Source: a virus. From it: DNA of 64,000 nt. The notes beneath the pieces are model-generated. The model made no database searches and had not been told where the DNA came from. It saw nothing but the letters and a program-made list of their open reading frames with translations. This document shows positions 46,272 to 56,020 of this stretch, piece after piece. The position numbers and the translations under genes are program-made. The DNA lies in IMG/VR virus record IMGVR_UViG_3300009514_000006, positions 1-64,000 of that record. One strand, given 5' to 3'. How positions within the stretch are numbered: position 1 is the first letter of the stretch; each line of letters starts with the position of its first letter.

Positions 46272-47362
46272 TACTTTGGGGGCTCCTTCTGTCCGAAGAT
46301 CCAATCACTTAACTGATCATCCAAAGACTGTCTTTTTACGGTAAAATCTTCAAATAGTTCGACAGAGCTTCCTGAGGGACCGAAGGCTGTAGGGTGGGTG
46401 TGTCCGATAAGCTTTTCTAGTATGCTGTCCATCAGGGCTTTCCATCGTTGCCCCAATACAAAATTTTCATTAGCAGTATCCTTAGTCCCTAGATACATGC
46501 TACCAGATATTAATTCGATAACTTGGCCGGCTACTGCTTGAACGAAATCTTTATCCATAGTTAATCTAGTGAAGACATCGTCGCGAACACCATCCTCAGT
46601 ACTTTTAGGAGGATTAGCTTGAGGCAGGGCGGGCTCTGTCCGAGGAAGGGCTACTTGCTTATTAAAATTTACTTCAAATTGTCTAGAATCTTTTACGCTT
46701 ACTTTTATGTCTCCGCCAATATCTTTATTCTTTCTGGTGAAAGAACCTTTAGGATCCAAAAGAGCACCAGCCTCCTCGGTATCGAGGTAAATACTGCCTG
46801 TAGGCGTTACGGTTACCTTGGCTCCAGCAAATCGCTTAAATAATCTATGTCCTTGTGGCAGCGCTCGGCTCCCTAAGGCAGCCACTGCGCCTCCTGTAGA
46901 AACATCTCTATTGTTAGAAGGATGAGGAAACCAATGAGTCATTATAGGCTGGGTGATAAAGCCGCCAATGAACTGTACCACACACCAATCGCCATTCATT
47001 TTAGTAGGATCTACATCAACTAGATCTGTACTATATTTGGAGCCATCTACCATTCCCGTAGTAGGCGTAGGCAACTCCTCATGGAAATCATCAACACCGC
47101 TAGCTCCCGGAGGGAGGATAGTGACCTTTGGGATAACCCACGGGGTATCTGTTCCGTCATTCAGCACAACCACGTCGGCAACAGCATAACTACCTCTCTG
47201 ATCGGGGTTGACCGCCGCAGAGGGGTTGACTCGTGCATCAGAAAAATGAATTGCCGTAACTACAGCCACTACCGGAAAATTCATTCTCCCTTCATGGGAA
47301 TATTCCGATCTCTTCTTAACAAAGGAGCTCTGTAGCACTGATCCATTTTTGTCCCTAGCCAT
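46271..47362 (-). CDS. baseplate central spike (gp5/GpV-like)
   Basis: N-terminal OB-fold (GDWCVVQFIGG...P) and C-terminal HTHPTAFGPS apex motif. Confidence 0.75.
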   Translation of the reverse strand: MARDKNGSVLQSSFVKKRSEYSHEGRMNFPVVAVVTAIHFSDARVNPSAAVNPDQRGSYAVADVVVLNDGTDTPWVIPKVTILPPGASGVDDFHEELPTPTTGMVDGSKYSTDLVDVDPTKMNGDWCVVQFIGGFITQPIMTHWFPHPSNNRDVSTGGAVAALGSRALPQGHRLFKRFAGAKVTVTPTGSIYLDTEEAGALLDPKGSFTRKNKDIGGDIKVSVKDSRQFEVNFNKQVALPRTEPALPQANPPKSTEDGVRDDVFTRLTMDKDFVQAVAGQVIELISGSMYLGTKDTANENFVLGQRWKALMDSILEKLIGHTHPTAFGPSGSSVELFEDFTVKRQSLDDQLSDWIFGQKEPPK

Positions 47363-47364
47363 GC

Positions 47365-49776
47365 TTACTCCGACCTTTTATTCCCGTTAAACAATATCCT
47401 ATCTAGTTCATTCTGTGTTAAGGATTTTATATCCTCAAAATCTCCACTATCATCCGAATCCGGTACTTCTAAATATGAATTTCCTCGTCCGTTATACAGT
47501 AGGACACCTTGATCCGGATAGATAGCTATGCGGCCCTTGTCCGCGTTTGGTTGTGTGTCCGCGATGTTTTCATCGTTTTGGGCCGATACATTTCTCTCCG
47601 AGCTACCCAATGTAGCTTTAGTGTCTCGTAGTTCAAAATAGTCAGCCAAACGACCCGTATCGGTTCTATTTCCGCCCCCTTTAAGAGAAAATTCAGACGT
47701 TTCAGTAAGCTCTCCAAAGCCAAGTATATTGGTACTTTTAGACCCAAAAGAACGAGAAACAGTAGGGGGAACATATGCGGGAAGAGGATCATTACGCTGC
47801 CCACGAGATACCTGTATAGAGGTTGTCATGCCAGCAGGATAGGACCAGCTATGTGACACACTCTCAACGTAATAACTTTCATTTCTGTCCACCCAGTCTA
47901 GTCTATACCCCACACGTAGTTCAGGCATACTTCTTAGAGTAATGGTGCCACTAAGATACTCGGCATTATGCTGATTCCAGTGGTCAATCAACAAAGTCCA
48001 TCTAACTAGATTCTTACGTATCTGCCCAGAATCGACAGCGGAGCTACCAGGCTCACATATAAAATCTTTTCCAAAATTAGCGAATTTAGTATTAAACTCG
48101 ACAACCCTAAGCCCATTTCTCTGAATACTCACAGGTGTCAACACCGGCATAATCCCTTGTAGAAGAAATTTGTAGATGTTAATCAAAGAATTATTAGCAT
48201 AAAGAGAAAAGAAATTGAAAACATCTGTGTCACTCCGCCCTAAGGAAGACGACACAACATCAGTATTATATATAGGCAAAACATCTAGGTGTTTAAGAGG
48301 TTTCGCACCTTCTTCAAACTTACATGAAGAACTTCCTAGTGCTTTATTCTCCCTTTTGGCTATTTGTGGTATCCGAGAATAATCATAAAGAACACGACGA
48401 GGAACTGGGTCACCATCTTTTACTCCAGCAGCAAATATTGGACCAAAAGGCGTATAATCCAGTTCTCCTTCTCCTTCAAGAGAATAGATACCTTGCAAAT
48501 CTAAGCCTTCAACAGTAGAAAACGGATATTCCCTAAACACGATAGCTGGCACATACTTCACAGCCGGAACAGACCCAGGAACACTAACTGTTCCATAGAT
48601 ATTAACCCCATTACCCACATCATCCTCTGACCGTGAATATGTCTCGCCAAAACAGGAATCTACATAGTCTCCGCCACTGTCTGTCACCGCAACTGGCCTC
48701 AGGTCAAAAATCAACTCATTAACAATCTCATTACTATAACCCCGCATAAGCGACAGAACAGATCCTTGTCCCTGCCATATTCCAGCAGACTGAATAAACC
48801 CGTCAATAGACAACGCCTCTATAAATGAGGTATCGATTAAATCAACTAAAGAAGCTCCTGATCTTTCGTTTCTAAGAAGATTCCTATAAGCACTCAATGA
48901 GGTACTTCTAGAAAATAAATTATCATATTCTACCTTCCTAGAAATAAAGGACGATTGTAGTGATGCCTCTGCGTCTGTTGTATACGAAGATATCGATAAA
49001 GATTCTTTAGTCTTTTGTGCTAACAAATTTGAAATTACGGTGTCTGAGTCAGCTACTTGCCTTATGTCAGAAGAAACTGGATTATTGGCATCATCATACC
49101 TAACAATACCCAGCTCTCCAAGAGTACTGATTACATTGTCTGGTATCTTCTCTAATGCCTTTTGTTGCTTGATCTTACGCCTATTGATAATCAAATCGTT
49201 GTTGACCAAAGGCGGGGGCAAAACCCATTGAGAGCCGAAACCCATCAATATCTCAAGTATATTCTCCACCATATCAGAAGGGGATCCAAAAGCAGTAACT
49301 CCTTTGGTGCGCAGACCAGATCCTCCCAGAGGACTTAGACCAAGGTCAGGATCATCAAACTCAGTCCTATTCTGCAGGTGGGGGTTAAAATAGATGTCTG
49401 TTTTATCTACTGCCTTCATAAAGTCAGAGCACGATAAGCGATACTGAGTGCTCACCTGGCCGTTCTCAGCGGTATTTTCGGTTCTTTCTATGCGATCTAC
49501 GTACCCAAAAAAAGTCCGCACAAGACCTCGTTGGCCATCCCCTGGATCAAAATATATATTGATCACATCATTCGGAAATATGTAATTCAAATAATTACGC
49601 CTAGGAACTAATGATAAAGTAGCTGCTCCAACACTTTTTATGCTCTTAGAAGTATCAATTTGAATAACATCCATAGATAAGTCTATGGTCCCATTAAATG
49701 GCTCTTTCTTGACGTGCGAATGTACCAGAACCAAAGCTCGGGTATGTGTTCTTGTTGTTTTCATGCCTCTGGCCAT
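47365..49776 (-). CDS. baseplate hub protein (gp27-like)
   Basis: Lies between TMP and spike; FFGYVDRI, SGTITL...PELRVGYRL...YYVESVSHSW...TTSIQVSRG. Confidence 0.75.
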   Translation of the reverse strand: MARGMKTTRTHTRALVLVHSHVKKEPFNGTIDLSMDVIQIDTSKSIKSVGAATLSLVPRRNYLNYIFPNDVINIYFDPGDGQRGLVRTFFGYVDRIERTENTAENGQVSTQYRLSCSDFMKAVDKTDIYFNPHLQNRTEFDDPDLGLSPLGGSGLRTKGVTAFGSPSDMVENILEILMGFGSQWVLPPPLVNNDLIINRRKIKQQKALEKIPDNVISTLGELGIVRYDDANNPVSSDIRQVADSDTVISNLLAQKTKESLSISSYTTDAEASLQSSFISRKVEYDNLFSRSTSLSAYRNLLRNERSGASLVDLIDTSFIEALSIDGFIQSAGIWQGQGSVLSLMRGYSNEIVNELIFDLRPVAVTDSGGDYVDSCFGETYSRSEDDVGNGVNIYGTVSVPGSVPAVKYVPAIVFREYPFSTVEGLDLQGIYSLEGEGELDYTPFGPIFAAGVKDGDPVPRRVLYDYSRIPQIAKRENKALGSSSCKFEEGAKPLKHLDVLPIYNTDVVSSSLGRSDTDVFNFFSLYANNSLINIYKFLLQGIMPVLTPVSIQRNGLRVVEFNTKFANFGKDFICEPGSSAVDSGQIRKNLVRWTLLIDHWNQHNAEYLSGTITLRSMPELRVGYRLDWVDRNESYYVESVSHSWSYPAGMTTSIQVSRGQRNDPLPAYVPPTVSRSFGSKSTNILGFGELTETSEFSLKGGGNRTDTGRLADYFELRDTKATLGSSERNVSAQNDENIADTQPNADKGRIAIYPDQGVLLYNGRGNSYLEVPDSDDSGDFEDIKSLTQNELDRILFNGNKRSE

Positions 49777-49789
49777 AAGTCACTCAAAC

Positions 49790-51877
49790 CTAGTGAGAGC
49801 CTCGTCCTTCTGCTTCGGAATTTCCCAAGCCCTCGGCCGACTTCTTAGTATTAGCAGATGTTTTCTTAGCTTCGGCTACCAATTCTGATAGTATAGCCAG
49901 AGCCTCAGGATTATACGTGCCTACATCAGACATAGCAGTCTTTCCCCCAACCATAGGTACAGGGGAGCTTAGTAAAGCTTGCGTTAGCCGCTGATCGGCA
50001 GTTTTTTTCAACCCAACATCAGCCAATAACTGCGCCGTCTGCTGTTGGGCACTAGACTCCCTACCAACCCTTCGTTGCTCTAGTATAATTTTATTTTGTT
50101 GTTGAGCTTGTTTTTCGCTCTCCGAAAGTCCTTCTCCGAATACGAACTTACCAATACCAGGAATGCTTCTACCTGCTTCACGAGTAGTGGCTAATGTACT
50201 CTGAACTGTACCCCATGCTCCACTCTGTGCTTTACTGACTGTTGAAGCCGAGACTCTCAGCATACGCGCTTCTTCTTCTCTATGAGCCCGCAATTCCTCT
50301 ATATCTTTGGCGCCTTTTTCCCTGTTATGACGACGCACGCTCTCATACTCATCTAATCTCTCTTGTACATCCTCAGAGGACTGAAACTTATCACTCCAAA
50401 AATCTTTTAAGAAGCTATAAATAGCACCAACATCGGAGGCTAGATCGATAAGAGCCTTAAGCGCTCTCACTTGAAGTTTCTCTAACGCTTGAATAACAGG
50501 AGCAACAGTGGCGCCTATGCCTATCAACTGGTTATCCATGCTGGCAAGGTGCTTCACATAACCACCTATACCTTTCATTGCCTCCAATGATTGCTTTTCT
50601 ATTGAATCAGATTCTTTGGTAATTTCCTTAATAGCAGCTAGTTGCTCCTCTGCACTCTTACCACTGCTGGCAACCTCCAACAACGATTGGGACTGTTCAA
50701 CGGATAGACCAGTAAGCTCACGCATAGCTAAGGCGCCTTCATCACCGAAGCCAAATTGTTGACCCACTTCTCCTAATAGCCTGAACATGTTCTGTGGGTC
50801 TTCTACGCCTTTCTCTCTTCTCTTCTCGGCCTCAACAAAACTCACGCCACCCTTTTGTTTACCAAAACCCATTGCCATGCGGATAAATTGAGCACCAAAG
50901 TCACCTCCACCAGGCGAAATTAACGCTTTATCAATAGCCCCCATAACCTGGGCTCCTCGTGCTCCTTGTAGTCCTGGTTTTCCTGTCTTTCCTAAAAAGG
51001 CTAGCTGATGTGCAATGGCTGTTGGATCCACAGCTCCTGTGGTGCGCGCGGCTACTCGTTCTGTCAGACTCGTTATTCCGCTCATGAATTCAGGAAAACG
51101 GGATTTCTCTAATCCCGACACAAATCCAGCCGATATGATCTGTTTTAGCTGTCGTCCCCCTTGTGTCTCCCCCCTTCCTGTAAAGGTAGTACCCGCTTGG
51201 CGTAAACCAGAAAAAGCCGCCATTGTCTCTTCATCGGTCATACCAGTAGCTCTACGAGCTTGCTGGAACTGACCAGGCCCAACCACTCCTGTGGCCCGAC
51301 CCATCATGGCAACTTGTTTAGCTGCGTCTATCTTACTGAAGCCTAACCGAGCACCAGGCGCTCTATTAATCCCACCAGAAATATTCCTTCCGGAATCTAG
51401 CCCAATAACATTACCTAAGGCTTGTCCGTATTCTGCGTACTTACCATAGGCTGCGCTTGCCCCGCCGGCCACAAAACCAGCAATCGCTCCACCTACCCCT
51501 AACGCCGCTCCTCCCACACCCCTCATAAACCCGCCAGAACCCCCCATTTTTCCACCAACAGTTCTAAGGGCTTTGGTACTGGCTGTAGCTAGGTTCTTTA
51601 CGTGAGATAGTTGCTTCTTAGAGAAATCTGAGAATATCTGGGCTTCTTGCTTAAGGTATCCCTTAGCCGCAGTAAACCTCTTTCGCTCAGCAGCAGCCCT
51701 AGCGTTAATCGCCTTAAGCTGATCTGCGTTTGCTTTAGTTTGATCTTTGTTAAGAGAAGCCTCAGCAGAAGATCTCTCACGACGAAGCTTACGCTCCCTC
51801 TCTGCCTGCTCTTTATGCGCCTTCTTAAGATCTTTGGCGTTTGTAGTTAACTCTACATCAATCTTAGCGTCTGCCAC
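49790..51877 (-). CDS. tape measure protein
   Basis: Ala/Gly-rich helical 695-aa protein directly downstream of the tail chaperones. Confidence 0.8.
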   Translation of the reverse strand: MADAKIDVELTTNAKDLKKAHKEQAERERKLRRERSSAEASLNKDQTKANADQLKAINARAAAERKRFTAAKGYLKQEAQIFSDFSKKQLSHVKNLATASTKALRTVGGKMGGSGGFMRGVGGAALGVGGAIAGFVAGGASAAYGKYAEYGQALGNVIGLDSGRNISGGINRAPGARLGFSKIDAAKQVAMMGRATGVVGPGQFQQARRATGMTDEETMAAFSGLRQAGTTFTGRGETQGGRQLKQIISAGFVSGLEKSRFPEFMSGITSLTERVAARTTGAVDPTAIAHQLAFLGKTGKPGLQGARGAQVMGAIDKALISPGGGDFGAQFIRMAMGFGKQKGGVSFVEAEKRREKGVEDPQNMFRLLGEVGQQFGFGDEGALAMRELTGLSVEQSQSLLEVASSGKSAEEQLAAIKEITKESDSIEKQSLEAMKGIGGYVKHLASMDNQLIGIGATVAPVIQALEKLQVRALKALIDLASDVGAIYSFLKDFWSDKFQSSEDVQERLDEYESVRRHNREKGAKDIEELRAHREEEARMLRVSASTVSKAQSGAWGTVQSTLATTREAGRSIPGIGKFVFGEGLSESEKQAQQQNKIILEQRRVGRESSAQQQTAQLLADVGLKKTADQRLTQALLSSPVPMVGGKTAMSDVGTYNPEALAILSELVAEAKKTSANTKKSAEGLGNSEAEGRGSH

Positions 51878-51879
51878 TG

Positions 51880-52398
51880 CTATCCTCTATTCCCTAATAT
51901 AAGGTCACGAATATCTCTAGTGGTGCTCTTACTGTTACTAGATAGTCCTTTACCAGAATCAAAATCGAGCAAAATATCTTTGTTACGATTACTGGTCTGT
52001 CCGGCTTCCTTCTCCAAAGAGGCCAATGCTTCGTCGGACATACCCTCGGTCAAATCAGGAGTAATCCCCTGCGCCAATTCCTTCTCCCATTTATCGATCA
52101 ACGGGTCTCCTGTTTCGTCGAAGACAATCTCTCCATCAGCATTCTTCGCCGCCTTCAACAGTGCGTCTGGGTTCTCCTCAAACAGATCCTCATAAAACTC
52201 TGTTAACAACTCTAATTTAGTAGATCCTTGAAAAGCTTTATGCGTCCAAGGAAGCTTGTACTTCTTTACCCACCACCTTCTGAGGAAGGTGATCATTGAG
52301 GGGCTCTTCAGGTTCTTTCGTGCTATTTCCTTGGCTGCCAGCACTAGTGTTTGATTCTTGAGCGGTTCCCCTTCTTCGCTTACGAAAGGAATTCTCAA
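51880..52398 (-). CDS. tail assembly chaperone, downstream (T-like) frame
   Basis: Overlaps 52238-52729 in the +1 frame and precedes the TMP; true start uncertain. Confidence 0.65.
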   Translation of the reverse strand: MRIPFVSEEGEPLKNQTLVLAAKEIARKNLKSPSMITFLRRWWVKKYKLPWTHKAFQGSTKLELLTEFYEDLFEENPDALLKAAKNADGEIVFDETGDPLIDKWEKELAQGITPDLTEGMSDEALASLEKEAGQTSNRNKDILLDFDSGKGLSSNSKSTTRDIRDLILGNRG

Positions 52399-52729
52399 AA
52401 GTCATCACCTCCGAGAAGACCTTCATAACAACACTTCGATCATATAGAGTATCAAAATCCCACCAAGAAGGCTTTTGAATCAAACATACTTCTAACACAG
52501 CTATCATATAATGAAAATAATCAGTTTCAGGATCCATTCCTACACCGGTAAAGTTGCCATCATCATCAGTAACACAATGGTGTCCCCCGTTCAGCTCGTT
52601 CCGACGCCTCTGAACTTTAGAATGATCCATAATTGACAGTTTCCGTGACGTGAACTGTCCCTTGTACACTTCGTCATCTTCTTCAGAAGTGAAATCCAAA
52701 TTAAAAGTATTCAATTTTCCTTTATTCAT
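52238..52729 (-). CDS. tail assembly chaperone (G-like)
   Basis: Lies between tube and TMP; acidic; Y.G.F..RKLS..D pattern. Confidence 0.7.
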   Translation of the reverse strand: MNKGKLNTFNLDFTSEEDDEVYKGQFTSRKLSIMDHSKVQRRRNELNGGHHCVTDDDGNFTGVGMDPETDYFHYMIAVLEVCLIQKPSWWDFDTLYDRSVVMKVFSEVMTFENSFRKRRRGTAQESNTSAGSQGNSTKEPEEPLNDHLPQKVVGKEVQASLDA

Positions 52730-52750
52730 ATTAAAAACCTTTCAAATTAT

Positions 52751-53170
52751 TTATGGTCGCTCAGACTCGTCTCGCAAACGAATAGTAACAAAAGTTACAT
52801 TCTCAGACACAACACCTCGTGCAGTGATGTCAAAAGAATGTTCCTGAGCTTTACAAGCCTCAAACTGAGCCAGAGTGCTTCCTGTTAGCTTATCTTCTAC
52901 CGTACAGGTAAGGTCACCTGATGTAAGAATATTCTCAAGAGTAGGAAAGATACTCTGGGACTTCAAGGAGTTGCCTACAATGCGAAAAATTTGCGCAGAC
53001 AACGTAGCCCTGTAGGCAACTGGAACGAATTCTTTCACTTCAAGAAGATCTAGAACATCAATAGGCTCATAGTCAATGCTCTCGCTTCCTGAAACCCCAC
53101 CAGCAAAACCGATTACTCGACCGTTAATCTTAAACCTACTTCTCGCTCCGCTAAACACTTGTGCAGCCAT
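52751..53170 (-). CDS. tail tube protein
   Basis: 139 aa after the sheath; GFA.GVS.SE..DYEPI.VL..LE..E.VP..Y...L. Confidence 0.85.
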   Translation of the reverse strand: MAAQVFSGARSRFKINGRVIGFAGGVSGSESIDYEPIDVLDLLEVKEFVPVAYRATLSAQIFRIVGNSLKSQSIFPTLENILTSGDLTCTVEDKLTGSTLAQFEACKAQEHSFDITARGVVSENVTFVTIRLRDESERP

Positions 53171-53368
53171 GTTATTCTCCTTTTATCTAAGCTAAGTTAA
53201 TTATGCCTTTACGGCACCTTTCCGACCTTAAACTACTTTTTGTTTTGTGCCCTAGAAGGGGATTCTCGGGCTAAACGCCTGGAAAGGTGCCGTAAAGGCT
53301 GGACCTAGAGACGTTGAGGAAGGGTGGGTTCACCACGGTGTTTGCGGACGTGGCCGACAAACTAAGCT
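53171..53368 (-). ncRNA. candidate structured 5' leader or ncRNA upstream of the tail tube gene
   Basis: Perfect 19-bp inverted repeat (53205-53223 / 53281-53299), nested hairpins, flanking 18-bp direct repeats (53187-53204 / 53362-53379). Confidence 0.55.
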
Positions 53369-53374
53369 AAGCTA

Positions 53375-53403
53375 ATTATATGAAGTTTTTTAGCCTAAAT
53401 CAA
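53375..53403 (-). promoter_or_regulatory. sigma70-type promoter between sheath and tube genes
   Basis: TTGATT-N17-TATAAT. Confidence 0.7.
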
Positions 53404-53407
53404 CAAA

Positions 53408-55738
53408 TTACAACCTAGGAAGTTGGAGGAAGATATCAACCAACTCAAAAACAATACCAGTTACCGGGAACACTTCCACTTTGATACTTGCGATGTTCCC
53501 CGACACCGACACACGAAGTCTTCGGAAACCAGGGATTACAGTAGTGCTATTAAGATCTTCGGGATCCAACGAATCGACTAGCACATTTTCTTCTCGGAGA
53601 AGCTGAAGCTTGACGCCTGCTTGCTCCCGAATAGTAGCAACAGTGGCGGGCGTAGCTTTAAGTCCAGTGAAAGTATTTTCAAGGAAAGTGCGGAACTCAT
53701 AAGCAATGTAGCGCACCGCGTCACGAGTATGCGCATCAATGAAGGCAATGTTATCGTCCGCAAGATGAGTAGTAATATCACGCACCCATCGGAAGCCGCC
53801 GTTAGGACCAACTTCCGAGAACATAACGCCACCAGCGATAAGAGCATTTACATCAGTGATACTCTTGGGGTTCCACGAGCTGTCACGGGTAACACCAAAC
53901 GTCTTAACAAACTTAAAGGTAAGGGGTTCACCTACCTCGATAGCACCGCCACGCATACCGGCCGCCAACACTGCCGCAGACCATTCAGGCTGCTCAACAA
54001 GGCTACCGTCCACGTTAAGGACAGTGTGCTTCTCACCAAATAGCTGGACATCGGCGCTGTTTAGTTTAGCTGCTTGCGCAATGAGTTGTGCACGGGTGCC
54101 CGCCATGCCCAAGTAACCACCGCGCTCGTTTTTGCCGCCAGCATTGGCAGTAGCCACATGAGACAGCAATTGCGCTGCTACAGAAGAAAAACGAGCATTG
54201 TTACCGCCTAGATCTGCGGAGATTAGCGGGACAATATGATTTGCTCGGACTAACAGCATAGCATCGAAAGCCGCTTGAAAGGCAGCGCTAGAAGAAGACC
54301 CCGCAACCGCACCAATAAGGTAAACAGGGGCATCTAAAACAGATCCTGCCACACCACCGGTAAAGGCGGGTAGTTCTGACCCTTCATCAGATCCCACGCT
54401 AGCCTTAACTGCTGTAACCAGATCAGATAAATTTAAGTGGTCAACCAACACCTGGAGATCTCTTCGGAAAGTTCCTTTATTAACAGGATCAATGGCCGCG
54501 TCAAAACGGACATCGACAGAAGTGGCACGGGTCCCAAAATCATACGTAGACATAAGTACCGTATCTGGGTTAACTCCAGCAGGAACAGAGGCTACATAGT
54601 TTGTAGTAGAATTAATCCGATCTACTAATTGACGCAAGGTCTCTCCCGAAGAAAACGTAAATGGGCCTGCAACAGACAAGGGGTCATTAGCGGGCGATAC
54701 CGTTGAGGTCATGCCTGTAGACAATCCATTGGCTCCCGTAACAGACACAGTAGCCGCTGTCACATCCCGCATAGAGGCTACCGTACCGGTAACATCTGCT
54801 TGTTCGTCCGTAGTAAGGTAATGACCAACAGCAAGAGTAACAACCGGAGCAGTTCCTGTGGTGTGGCTCAACACTAACCGTTGAATTCCATTAGCAAACT
54901 GAATAACCCGTCCGTCATATTCATTAGCAGCGGCAGTTCCACCACCTGCCAAAGTACCAAAAGTTACCTCAGACGCAGTGGTGGACAAAACAGTACCGCT
55001 ATCCAGAACCGCTCCACCAGCATAGCGAATATTCAAGAACGAAGAACCACCTAGGTCACCAGATTGCTCAACAATGTCTTCAAATGTTACAGTGGCTACA
55101 AAAGTACCTGCGGTTACTCCCTCTTCAACTTCAACCGCCACTTGATTGGTGTGTTCCCCGTAATCTTTAGACGTTACCACTAGCTGAGAATACAGGACAT
55201 TAACAGCATCTGAAGTAGCTGGCACAAAAGAAAATCCAGGAGACACAGTAACCGAACTTGCAGCATTAGCGGTGATGCGACGAATTTCGCCTGAAGTTAC
55301 GTGCTGCAACCACCTGCCTACGTGCGCGCCTACTGTTAGACCGCCGGTGGTGAGGTTAATCACCGTGGCAGTAGAGGCGGCGGCCACTGTGTCAGCCACA
55401 ACAGCCTCGTCCCCTGCTAGTTGGGTGGAGGACTGGGTAGAGGCGTTGGTTTTGTATGCCAGAACCCGGAAAGCACCGCTAGGGGTCCTAGCGTCGTTTG
55501 AGGGGTCAAAGGCTAGCCGGATAGCATCCGCTAGTGGTCCCGAACGAAAAGCTTCTTTAGCAAGAGCAGGATCATCAATAGCAATGACTTCACCAGGCTT
55601 TCCGCCATCTGCTTCACCGATCAAAGCAATGATGCCATTGGTGGACAACCCGATAGGGGTTAGGGCCCGGGCGTTAATCTTGGTGATTGCCCCGGGCTTA
55701 AACTGCGTGATACCGCCAAACGTAACGCTGCGCGCCAT
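53408..55738 (-). CDS. contractile tail sheath protein
   Basis: 776 aa; GIIALIGEADGG, AF..GPL.DA, EVGEPLTFK, VRDITT. Confidence 0.9.
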   Translation of the reverse strand: MARSVTFGGITQFKPGAITKINARALTPIGLSTNGIIALIGEADGGKPGEVIAIDDPALAKEAFRSGPLADAIRLAFDPSNDARTPSGAFRVLAYKTNASTQSSTQLAGDEAVVADTVAAASTATVINLTTGGLTVGAHVGRWLQHVTSGEIRRITANAASSVTVSPGFSFVPATSDAVNVLYSQLVVTSKDYGEHTNQVAVEVEEGVTAGTFVATVTFEDIVEQSGDLGGSSFLNIRYAGGAVLDSGTVLSTTASEVTFGTLAGGGTAAANEYDGRVIQFANGIQRLVLSHTTGTAPVVTLAVGHYLTTDEQADVTGTVASMRDVTAATVSVTGANGLSTGMTSTVSPANDPLSVAGPFTFSSGETLRQLVDRINSTTNYVASVPAGVNPDTVLMSTYDFGTRATSVDVRFDAAIDPVNKGTFRRDLQVLVDHLNLSDLVTAVKASVGSDEGSELPAFTGGVAGSVLDAPVYLIGAVAGSSSSAAFQAAFDAMLLVRANHIVPLISADLGGNNARFSSVAAQLLSHVATANAGGKNERGGYLGMAGTRAQLIAQAAKLNSADVQLFGEKHTVLNVDGSLVEQPEWSAAVLAAGMRGGAIEVGEPLTFKFVKTFGVTRDSSWNPKSITDVNALIAGGVMFSEVGPNGGFRWVRDITTHLADDNIAFIDAHTRDAVRYIAYEFRTFLENTFTGLKATPATVATIREQAGVKLQLLREENVLVDSLDPEDLNSTTVIPGFRRLRVSVSGNIASIKVEVFPVTGIVFELVDIFLQLPRL

Positions 55739-55753
55739 AGTGTTTTCTCCTGA

Positions 55754-56005
55754 TTAGTAGTTCTTAAAGAGTAAGTCCCACGCTTCTTTAGACTTCTTTG
55801 AGCTACCTTTAACATAGGTAGCCATGCCCGCCTTATGGTGCGCAGGAAGCCCGAGGGAAGCAAAATATCGATCAAAGGTTAGAAGCACAACTGGTCCAGA
55901 CTTCACAACAGGGGCCGTAACGGAGACTTTCTTAGGTTCGCTAATCTGCATAAGTTTCTCTGTTGGGGCCTTTTCTTCAATCACATTAAGTTCTTTCTTA
56001 GACAT
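55754..56005 (-). CDS. small hypothetical virion-cluster protein
   Basis: 83 aa between tail completion and sheath genes. Confidence 0.65.
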   Translation of the reverse strand: MSKKELNVIEEKAPTEKLMQISEPKKVSVTAPVVKSGPVVLLTFDRYFASLGLPAHHKAGMATYVKGSSKKSKEAWDLLFKNY

Positions 56006-56020
56006 AATTAATCCTTAGCA

